Of a stretch of 64,000 nt of DNA, positions 50,595 to 61,527 are shown in pieces. Origin of the DNA: Penicillus capitatus (Eukaryota > Plantae > Chlorophyta). A program made the translations under genes and the position numbers. The notes under the pieces are model-generated. The model saw only the letters and a list, made by a program, of their open reading frames with translations, ran no database searches and was not told where the DNA came from. Within the stretch, counting starts at the first letter, position 1, and the number at the start of each line of letters is the position of its first letter. The stretch covers positions 772,377-836,376 of the forward strand of contig OZ287699.1 in NCBI GenBank assembly GCA_965649825.1, in the 5' to 3' direction.

Positions 50595-52200
50595 GTTGTT
50601 GTCGTCTACGCGGAAGGAATGGGATGAAGGGGTGATTGACAGCATTACAGACAGCAGACTCTCGTTTTGAGAAGGGCATTTCTCACGACGCTGCGTTGCT
50701 TCTACTACTGCTTGGTAAATGCGTACAGGTGGGGATCCTTGGAATTCAATGGAAGGATGCTGCCTGAATACATTCTGACCAAACATGTGGAAACATCTCG
50801 ACAAAGATGGGAAAGTGTCGATCTAACGTCGATGAGATTTGCGTTTGTTTATCTGCCTGTCTACTAACTCGAAAATAACTTGACATCTGCTTTATCGTAA
50901 CAAGGCAAGGGTCATTATGGACTGCTGTATAACAAGAAGCCAGAAGACTCTTTGATAATCGTCCGAATCTTCTTTTGCATACATACCCTAAATGGGACAG
51001 GATCGAACCGAAGCAACGAATGCACTCGTTATTGGACGATCGGCAGAACTTCTTTCACTCTAGATTAACGGACTCAAAAGTTCGGCGTTGTTAGCAAAGA
51101 TCTTGCATTAGGAAAATAAAAAAGAACATACTTAGTGACAGGAACTCAACATCTGAAATGTAGGCGAATTCATGCGAAATGAGATGCCTTTGTTGTTATG
51201 AATAGCGAAGGAAAGATGCCACATGGTCGGAAGAGAGGGAAAGAAGATGCAACGACCATCGATTCAGCAGTGGTATCTCTATGACATTTCCAAGCTCTTT
51301 CTTCTCTGCACATGAATGCAGGTCTACAGAGAGAAAATTGACGAATGGTCTTTGTTCAGAAATCGATAGAAGTTGTTGTTGTTAAATTAGCACAACTGGA
51401 GAAAGAACCCGTACAAAAAGAAATGTCCAGCAGGTTTTCAACGTTCGCAGACAGAGGGGGCACCATCAACAGCTTCTGAGCATTCATGGACGACAGCACT
51501 TCCGAATTCAGTCGACGCCTCGCCCAGACCTGTTCATCAGGGACGAACGCGAAACGGGCATCCAGACAACGAAGACGAACGACTAAGAATTAATGTGGAC
51601 CGAGAAAAGTAAAAGAATGGCATCTACGGTGTGCCTGAGGACATCTGTGATTCGCAGCCAATCTTGACGACGACGCATGGTACTTATTCTAGGTAACAGA
51701 AGATGTTGCCATTATTGTTGTTTCTGAGCTTGAAAAGCTGTCAGTTGTGATAGATATGAAATGCTGAATCAAATGCCACACAGGAGTGAGATCTACGTTA
51801 ATTGATTTAAAGATCGGTCACTGATTCTGTCAGCTCTTCTTAGAAACATCATGAATGAATTCGAAAAGAAACAGACGGTGGAAAGCGCATCCAGATTCAA
51901 CGCCACGCAGTGCATTATTAAAAACAGTGTGAACTGAAAACGGAGCTTATTTCTAAAGCAGGACCTACTACGCAAAGTCAATCGATGCCTCCTATTCATA
52001 CATACGACGAGGTAAAGCCTCTGGACAACGAGATCGAAAATCAGATGCAGTCGATCACTGATAGGTAGGACTCATGAACGAATAAAAAGAAGAAATCCTT
52101 GCACGACAGATATGTATCACAGGTTGGGTGGGAGGCAGAGATCAAAATCACACACACATTCAGCGTTCATGCATGACGCTCGCAGCGGAGAACTGACTTT

Positions 52201-54061
52201 CTAGTGGAGATTGCTTCCTCTGATGGCCATGTCATTCGAAGAGATGCGCAGCTTCTTTCGGAGCATCACGCAGAGACTCTCCAGGACGAGGGACAGAGCC
52301 GTCTCGAAGGAGGCACCCATCTGCATGATGCTCATCCTTCCCTCCGGCAGCGAGGACACCATCTCCGCGTCCAGACCTCCAAGCTTTCTGTTCATGACCG
52401 GCATAGAGGGCGGCAACGTCTGCGATGCGATGCGTATCACGCCATCCACGAATGGCAAGGGAGCCGTCTTGTGCGCCGTGAACGCAACCACGCGTGCTCT
52501 CGACCTCAGTGCCTCCAGGGACAGCGCATTCACCTAGAGCAACACGCACGCACCATCCACGCTCAGTCCCACAAGATCAGGAAAAGGGGGCGTGGGATAC
52601 CGTGCTGTAGTAACTCGGTCCAGCCGCGACTACGAAGAGATCGCCGGTCGTCAGCGCAGGGGTGTTGGTATCTCCCACGAAGTAGGCCTTGAAACCCAGG
52701 TTGTGCAGATTGATGGCGAAGGCTTTCAGAACGAGTCCTTCTCGGCCGACGCCATAGCAGCAAATGCGATTGGCATCTCGAATCGCACGCGCCAGTCCTG
52801 TCACATCTCGAGGGTCGACAGACTGAAGAATTGTGGACAATTCATCGAGCACAGCTGACTGCACGTAGCCAAAGTCTTCATTCCTCCTGTCCTCCTGTCT
52901 TTCTCTCTTGTTCCCAATCATCATCGGTGCATCAATGTTGTCGGAGTCGAAAGTGCTTGATTCCTCGGAACGAGGTTCGCTTTGCTGCAGACATGCATTC
53001 GCCGTCAGCGTCATACGGCGCCGCCGGGATCGCACCTTGATTGGATCACGCTTGTATCGTGCGAGTCTGTTCTTCAGCCACACAGACACCTGCAGCTCCG
53101 TCACCGGACCTGCCTCCTGCACAGCCCGAAACAGCTCTGGCGTTGCCTTGGTGTATCCTGCAGCAGCACGGCATCCGTTCGGTCGACTGCGTGTCAGATG
53201 GCGAGGATCGGCGTGCCTGTTCGAAAGTGTTGCTCCAGATGATGAAGCTGCGTGTTGTTCGGCTTCCATCTGTTCTTGGGCGCCGTGCCGCACGAGTCTT
53301 CGCTCCGACGCTGAGGTGAGGCGCGCTGTGATGTCATCTCTTCCTTGACGACAGGCTCATTCCACGACGCGCTGCGAATCGCAAGAGATGGCTCGAACAG
53401 TCCCGCGCCACATCGATGGGTGGGATGCTCCATCTGCTGCGGTTGGCTCGATAGTGTCGGCGGCAGCGTCTTCGACACGTGGAAGGCGTCGGACGGCAAT
53501 GACCTGTCGAAGTCTGTGATCAGCAGTCGGTTCGATGCGGCCACGTGCAGCTGCTGCAGACTCCCCACGGACGCCTGGGCTTCCTGGTGCAGACTCGCCG
53601 CCGTTGTCAAGTAATCCCTGAGAACATCCATCGATGGGAGATTGGGAGAATCGAATGACGGACTTTGTGAATGTCCTCGCCGAGGCGGGATCGAGTGAGT
53701 CGGTCAGGTCGTCGTAGATGCGGTCTCCTGACATGGGAGGGGGCGAGCTTCCACTGCTGGCGTTCTGAAAGGGACATTGCGTCGTCAAGGGCTGACTGTA
53801 CAGTCCTGGACACTCGTCAAAGAATCCACACCCCTCGGCCATCGGCGTCGTCTGGAACTCGTGCGCCTGAAGATTTCCGAATGCGGGGGAAAGCGGATAG
53901 CTCTGGCTGTAGCACAAAGGACCGCCTCCACTCGTGAGCTGCGTCGTCGAAGCGGAATCGGTCGAAAGATCGTTCGGAACGAATGGCGCAAGAAAGCTCT
54001 CCTGCGTGCACAGCGCCAGGTCTTCTGGGGAGATATGCACGTCGATTAATCCCGTGTCCAT
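52201..54061 (-). CDS. WOX-like homeodomain fused to SIS (3-hexulose-6-phosphate isomerase-like) domain
   Basis: Acidic S/P/T-rich N-terminus; KNRWKPNNTQLHHLEQHFRTG/YTKATPELFRAVQEAGPVTELQVSVWLKNRLARYKR; then CYGVGREGLVLKAFAINLHNLG...VGDTNTP...GDLFVV and QMGASFETAL...SNLH*. Helices 2-3 and the SIS N-half share ORF 52577-53293. Confidence 0.85.
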
Positions 54062-54930
54062 GCTTCAACGACCGGTTCTTCCTGAAACAACGACGACGCC
54101 GTCAGGGAGGGGTCTTCCGCCCGTTGTGTTACGAGGTGCCGCGGAATGGCGATGGTTGAAGCGTGGGATGGTAAAGACGAGCTGTCGATGGACCGTCAAA
54201 GGACTAGCTTGGAAGTGATGGCCTCGGTAGCGATGAGACCAATAGAGACGCAGAGAGCGAGGAAGGTCCAACCGTCGACGCAGATGTTTAGACGCAGGTA
54301 ATGGCACGAAGACCCTTTTTGGAGACGGGATAAGGTGCTGTCAATATCTCGGCGGCAGCCGCACGGCGTTTTGGCTCTCCGTCAGGTACGAATGGCGGTT
54401 AGACGAAGGCGCCAACGAGGTCGAGGCGACAACCGCGATGGACTGCAGGTGTCCTGAACACGCAGTCGGGTGTCGATGCCATGCAGTGTGCATGTAAGCT
54501 GCTGACGCGGATGCGGGCACGGTTAGGAAATGGCGAACGACGGTGCGCCGTTGTGGATCGCGAGGGACAGGACTGAGGCATTTCTGGCCTCATGTCTGTG
54601 AGACGACTCTCGATAGATATCTCATTTCTTAAACACTCCATTCATTTCCCTCTCCCTTTTAAGAACACCCTTCTGCTTGCCCACGATCGAAAATCGCCAA
54701 AAAACAGTACGTTGACAAATGACATCGCCATCCTTCCGACTGGTATCCATCCCCCTCACTATCGAAGTCAAAGACTCTCAACAGCACATCGGCCAAGATA
54801 TAAGTGCACGTCGTCGATGATTTCCGCGACTAGAGCTGCGCCGAGAACACGAAAAAAAGGTACCGAGGAGAACAGGATCAATAAGTCCTGTCAAAAAGGC
54901 CGATCGATAGATGCCGCCGACGCACGGGCA

Positions 54931-57900
54931 TCAGACGTAGTACATCTTGGCCTGTGAAGCTCCGAAAGCGGGTCCGGCCGACGGCCCGGATCCCGATGCG
55001 ATGCTGCTCGTCTCGTCGTCCGTCTCCTCGCCCGCGATCAGCCTCGCACGCAGCGCCGCCAGATGGGCGTAGTTCGCCGGAGCCGGCACCGAGATCGGCT
55101 TCGTGCATCTGCACTGCATGTAGCACATCCAGTAGCACATGACCTGGATGGCGTCCGAACCGAATCTGTTCTCGTCCACCAGCACGTGGTAGTGCGCGGG
55201 GCGCACGGTTCCCTGGATTCCCGCCTGGGAGCAGAGAAAGAAGTCGTGGCCGTAGGGACTGGTGATCTCCGAGTCCACCACCGTCCCGGGCTTCACGTTC
55301 CCGCTCCGGTGGGCGACGTTCTGTCCCTTCGGAAACAGACGCGTGTGGTGCCTCTTCTGGATGATGATGTAGGTGATGGGCGGCGCGTAGTCCGCCGCCG
55401 GATCGCCCATCTCGCCGCAGGCCTCGCGGATGGCCCTGTACTCGTGCGTCAGCACCCGGCTGAAGAAGCCCTCCGACACGCCGTCCCGGAACACGACGAT
55501 GGACTCCGGCTTCTTCTGGTGGTTGTGCTCGTAGAAGTCGCGCAGGAGTCCCTTGACGGACTCCTTCATGTCGATGATGATCTCCTCGCGCGGCGGCTGT
55601 GACGTGATGCGGCTGGAGTAGCGGGACGCCATGGGATCGACGCTGCCCACCACGGCGGCGATCGACGAGAGATGCGAGCCGGGCGAGGCGTGCGACACGT
55701 CCGCCCCCAGGACGATGTAGGGTCGGCGCTGGTGCACCATGGGCAGTCCGCACTGCGTCGTCCCCAGCAGGACCGAGTTGGTGCCGCCCACCTACGGAGC
55801 ATCGATCCCTGCGTTCCGCGGAGAGGAGAGGGGAAGGGAAATACCTTCACGTTGATCTTGAGCGCCAGGTTGGCGCAGTACTGCATGCGTCCCCTCGGAG
55901 GCCGATTGTCGCCGACTCCGGACTTGTCCCCCGCGAAGCACTGCGTCGGAATGCCGACGTGGACGTCCGACGTCCGCTTGACGATCTTGTACAGGCGCGT
56001 ATCTGCGGAGGCACAGAAGGCGTCCGATCGGGGCCGCGCAGATGAGAGCGCGCACTTCTCCGGGGGATGAGACAGAGGATGATGTCCGGATCCCTGCCGT
56101 AGGCATCACGCGCCCGCGCCTTGGCCTGCTCCATGTCCTGGATGAAGTTGGAGTCGCTTGTGTAGACGATCGGCGGCCTCGACAGGTCGACCGAGGACGG
56201 GATGACCGTGTGCGCCCTCAGGGCCTCGTAGAGCTCGTGCAGGAACGACTGGATGCCGTTCTCGCCGGGCCTGTTGATGTAACGCTCCTGCGCCAGCGAC
56301 AGCAGCGCCCAGGACTTGAGCTTCTTCGCCTTGAAGAAGTTCATCGTCATCCCCCCGAGGTTCCACTGCCCCTCGGTGCCGACGTTGAAGCAGGCCGGCT
56401 CCTTGTAGGACAGGAAGGGCGACGGGAGGACGCGTCCGCGGATCTGCTTCATGGCGGGCTCCAGCGCCGAGAGCTGGAAGTCCGGGACCTTCTGCATCCG
56501 GTTGATGTCGGCGTCCTCCCTGATCAGGCCGTTCAGGTAGCGCTCCTTCTCGTCGGGCCTCTGGGCGGCGAAGCGGATCATCTGCTCCTGGTGGCGCTCC
56601 GTGATCTTGTTCACGAACTGGGCGTGGGCGATCCTGCGGGGAAGAGGCCGTCGACGTCAGCAAGCGACCGGCGGCGGGTGCTCGGCGTTACCGTGCGTAC
56701 TCCGGAGGCAGGAAGCAGACCTTTCTGCCCCTCGAGCAGTCCAGGCAGGGGAGCTCGGGGTAGTGGAGGGGACAGTCCATCCTCCCGTAGTACTCGGCGA
56801 CGGTGATCTCTCCGTGCTCCCTGTGCTCGAAGCTGAGGCGCGTCGGCGGATCCAGCAGCCCGACGACCTTCTTCCGCATCCTCCCGCGCACCAGACTCAC
56901 CTAGAGCGGCCGCCCGTCTCCGCGCGGCGCGCGGGCGAGAGAGGGCGTCACCGTCAGGTTCTTCATGACGCCTCTGACGATCGACTTCTGCTGGTTGGTG
57001 AGCTCGCGCGGGACGTGCTGCTGGCCGAGGATCTCGGCGATGAACTCGGAGACGAGCATCGGCTTGTAGAACGGGGCGCACGCGCTGTCGATGTTCAGGA
57101 ACAGTCCGTTCTGGCAGGGACGGATGCTCTGGTGGTACCCCAGCCACGCCTGCAGCAGCAGCAATCGCTCACGGATCCGATCGCGGCGCAGCGGATCGAA
57201 CCTCGGCTCCGTGTCCGATGTCGCGCTTGTTGGCCTGCGCGTCGACGAAGACGCTCTTCCTGTGGAGGACCCTGTCCGGCATCAGGGACGCGGCGTGGGA
57301 CAGCAGGATCTCCAGCACGCGGACGGGCTCTGCCGGAAACTCGGCTCGGCTGCGCTGGACGTACTCCGTCAGGTGGCTCATGCGCACCACGGTCGTCTGG
57401 GTCAGCTTGATCTTGTACTGGCGAGACCTAGGACCCTGCTCCAGCTCGACGGTCTCCTCGCGCTCGTCGGTCGATATGATCTGCCCGGCCGTGTAGAGGG
57501 CGTTCTTGCCGTCGAAGATCCACCCCGGAGGCCACTCCTCCCTCCTGGCCAGCTCCGCGAGCAGCAGGTGCTCCAGTCCCTGATTGAACTCGCACTCTGT
57601 CGCACGCACACGCGCTGCAGCTCGTCCGGCGTCGAGGTGCCTCACCGATCGTCACGTTGTACTGGAAGGCGCTGTTCAGCCGACAGTCCAGCTGGAAGTA
57701 GTTCGCCGCGAGCTGGGCCTGCGTGCCGATGGTGCCCGGCGGATAGGACGGCGCGTCCGGACTGTCGATGCTCTCCTGCGAGGCACACGCCTTCGGATCG
57801 CGGCGATGCGGCAGCGGGGTTCCCTACCGAGATGCACGGCTGTCCGATGCGAAAAGACGACGCGATCTGTTCGACCTGGCGGCGCCCTTCGGCCTCCGGC

Positions 57901-58183
57901 ACGGCGCGGAAGTCGCCGCGACCTTCAACGCGAGACACCGGTGAGGGAGCAGCACGAGCGACGGCGCGAACGGCGCACCTCCTCCTCTTCCGCCGAAGCG
58001 GCCTCTTCCGCGGTCCCTGCCACGGTCCCTGCCGCGACCTACAACAGATCCGTCCACCGTCAGAACGACGCGGTTCGCCTTCGGCGTTCGGCAGTTGGTG
58101 CCGAGACGCGTGTGCCGCCGAGCGCGAAGGCGTGCGAGCCTACCTCCATAGCCACCGCGTCCTCCGCCTCCTCTGCCCGACAT
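54931..58183 (-). CDS. AGO: Eukaryotic Argonaute, slicer-competent (copy 2)
   Basis: PIWI ORF 54931-55791 translates identically to 26269-27129; few amino-acid differences elsewhere (e.g. ACFNVG vs ACFDVG). Confidence 0.97.
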
Positions 58184-58486
58184 CGAACTCGGACGCGAAC
58201 GAACAAACGCACCGACAACGCCGGACGGGAAGGAAGACGAGCAGGGAGACGCCGAACGGGGACAACGAATGCGGACAGCTGTCGATTGGGTTCGAACGCA
58301 GACTGCCGCGCTCGGAAAATAAACGATCGGCGAGACGAGAGTTCGCGCTCGATGGAGAAGGACGAAACAGTTGTCGCCCTTCGTAATGGACGATCAAGGA
58401 CGCCGAGACCGACGAAATGAGACTGTCGCGTCATCGTCGATCCATTTCCAGGACGCGGATCGTTCGACGGCGACGCATCGATCGGC

Positions 58487-58898
58487 ATGGACGTCCGGCA
58501 GCAGGTTCGAATCGAAGCGCATCGCACAGGCGCGATCCGTCCCGACAGGTGAAGAACTACCGTGCGACCCAGCGCCATGCGGGAAGGGGCGAGGCACGTG
58601 TGGATCATCGCATCGGGACGTCGACGTGCGTTCCGCTGCAGTGGGTCGCGCACGAGGCGTCCGTGGACGAGGAGGCGCATCGACAGGCGCTGCAGAGACT
58701 GGCCAACGGCGACGACGTCTCCTACCAGAGCACCCTGCGAGTGGTGAGGGTGGACGCATCTCGGTACCCGAGAGACCGGAATCCTCCGGTCGAGCGCAAC
58801 CCGGTGCAGCCGTTCACCCCTCTCTGCAGACGGGACGTCGGCGCATGTGGCTCCAGGGCTACGCTCGAAACGAGAGCGGAGGGTTCTTCACGTCCTAG
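58487..58898 (+). CDS. Unknown ~77 aa four-exon protein (copy 2)
   Basis: Same splice model as copy 1; differs at WVAH/WIAH, SVDE/SADE and LANG/LASG; ends GYARNESGGFFTS*. Confidence 0.5.
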
Positions 58899-59018
58899 AT
58901 CGCGAGGCCGGGCGATGCGGCACCGCGGACGTCGGTCACGTCACTGCCGTCGCTCGGTCTTTCACTGAGAGTGGTTTGTGACGCGTCGCCCTCTTCCGGA
59001 GTGTAAATCGATTTGGTC

Positions 59019-59989
59019 ATGGGTCCGCTCGTCAACGCGCCAATTCGCACGGTGCCCGTGCTTCGCGGCGTCCGGCCGTCGAAGGTCAGCGACTGCGTTC
59101 GGTCGCCCGGTCGCCCGCTTGTCGAGGCTGTCGGCGCAGCCACCGAAGTCGTTCTTCCGCCCCGACGTGGTGTGATCCGACAGGTCGCTGCATCGAGAAG
59201 GGTACCGGAGTGGCCGCGATCGGCGTCCCTTGCTCCGGGATGCCTCATCTCCCATCGGCGTCGGAGAACGATCCCTCGACAGCCAAGGCGCTCGGTCCTT
59301 CGATTCTCCGTACGGCGATCTCGCCCCGCACCTGCTGCGATCGCTCTCGCCTGTTCAGTACATCGACGAGGACCTGTACGGAGACGACGATGACGACCTC
59401 GACGACGACGAGGTGATGGGGTTCGGAACCGATCTCGGCGGAGACGAGGACGAAGCCGCGGATCCCAGCGAAGCGATGGAGGCGCTGCTGGACGAGGAGG
59501 AGGAGGAGACGGATGCCGACGACGAGGAGGAGGCAGAGATCTCGGCCGACACCGAACAGGACCCGCCATCCGGATGCCCGAAGGGCTTCGCGCTGAGCTT
59601 CCTGTGGCTGGACAAGTACATCGCGTTCGCCGTGGACCAGATCTTCGGAAACGCAAGCGATCCGAACGCCGTCCATTCCTTGTGACCAAGAGACCTTGTG
59701 CGTGTAGAGAAAGCGTATTCCGCTGACGGAGTACTTCATCTGGCCGAGAACCGATGCCTGGGAGGAGCTCCGGCAGAGACTGAGCGAGAACGCGTGGATC
59801 GACGAAACGGATCAGGCGAGTGACGCGTCGAGCCGAACGACTGCGCACTGACGCGTCTGTCGCTATGCCCAGATCCTGCTGCTGAACCGGGCCACGCAGG
59901 TGATCAACTTCTGGCAAGACGAAGAGCAGGGCCGCTCACTGGACGACGCGAGACTGCAGTTCCCGGACTGCGTTTTCATGGGATCTTAG
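59019..59989 (+). CDS. PSRP3: PSRP-3/Ycf65 precursor (copy 2)
   Basis: [48 protein letters not shown]; poly-Glu tract one codon shorter than in copy 1. Confidence 0.88.
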
Positions 59990-60105
59990 ACGCACGCCTG
60001 CGTTCCGACGGACACCTCTCTGTTCGCACACTGAGTAATGTTTTGAGAGCAGACTCTCTGTCTGTCTGCGGCCGCGGGAATCGAACGCGACGTCGTCTAC
60101 ACGCG

Positions 60106-61336
60106 TCAGTATCCGTCGTCGTATCCGCCCTGAAGTCCCTCGTCCATCTGCATCGGAACACCGTCGCTCCCCTGCGCCTCCGCCTTGATCGCTCGCCGAA
60201 TGTCCTTCAGCTTCGACGCCAGGATGTCGATGGACTGCATCAGCACTTCGGCGGCGTCGAGCACGCCGGTCGTCTCCAGCTGCGACACAGGAAGATCGCA
60301 ACGCGTCGGCATCTGATCGCGGACACCCACTTTGAAGATGAAGGTGCCCGGCACCGACTGTATCTTGAAGAGGTCCGGGACCCCGTGCTTCTCCAGCACG
60401 GCAACGTGCGCGTCGTCAAAGTTGTACAGCTCCGGCTTGAGAATCATCTGCGGCAGTCGGTCTGCACTTGTCGGCGGGTGGGTGTGGCAGAGAGAACCGA
60501 CCTTTTTGGCCGGCAGGTCGAGGCAGAAGGGGTTTCGCCCGACCGGAAAGCACTCGGCCAGCTCCTCGAACAGCTCGATCTTGCGCTGTGGGGACCATCC
60601 GGCCAGGACGTATTCGTTGAAGGCAATCTCAGGCATGTTCGTGAAGGAAGCGGCGGAGACGGGGCTCCACTTGCTGTGGTCTCTCCCGATTCCCTGGTCT
60701 CGCGCAGAAACCTGATCACGGGCGATGCAGGGAGTTCACAAGAGAGCGAACCTTCACGGCGATGGCCCTCAGTTTGAGCGACTGTCCCTGTCTCAGTTTG
60801 ACGACGGTGACCGGGATGTTCGCTATGTCGTCGAAGCAGAACCCCGGATGGCCGATGGGGACCACGTCGACGTTGGGCGTCCCCACGGACAAGTCCTTCG
60901 ATGTGACCAGCATCTGCGAACAGCATCCCCGTGCAGCGATGCAGGGATGCTCATGACCGCACCGTTCGCTCTTCCTCCGTGCAGTGCACGTCCAGAAACA
61001 GCTCGATCTCGTCGATGTCTTCCTCGGCGTTATCGTAGGCGCCCACCATCTTGGCGGCCTCTGAACAGAGACGTCCCATCAGAACCCACGTCGCAGGGAC
61101 GGAGGATGCCGACGCAGAGAGGACAGGGGGATGAGTCCCAGTCGATGTGCCAGGAAGTCGTCCGTCAGCACGGTCGTGTTGGTCTCGATTTCGACGAGTT
61201 CGATCGCGATCGTCGGTATCTCGCCAATCATGATGCGCCTCAGAGCATTGGCGACGGAAGCATCTGTGCCGGACAGCACGAACTCCGCCGAGAGTTCCGT
61301 GCAGGAACGCATCGTGATAATCGGATGCCTTTGCAT
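60106..61336 (-). CDS. RPB3: RNA polymerase II subunit RPB3 (copy 2)
   Basis: Same motifs as copy 1; head-to-head with the aldolase gene. Confidence 0.9.
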
Positions 61337-61527
61337 GGATGGTTGGTGCTCTGGCGTCCCAACGTTCTGCCTTCCAACCGTATATGCTTCGTATACGGTC
61401 CGCTCCACGTGGCACCCACTGTCCTGATCCCTTTTAAACAGACGGTCATCAAGGGGTGCAACCTTTGGTTCTCGCGTTTCTTCGTCTCTTTACGTTCTAC
61501 TGCATTGGCATACCTCTGTCGCGCAAG

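Larger units (their letters stand above)
54601..61394 (-). repeat. Arm 2 of ~6.8 kb inverted segmental duplication (partner 20657-27459)
   Basis: Reverse-complement match to arm 1 along its whole length. Confidence 0.97.
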
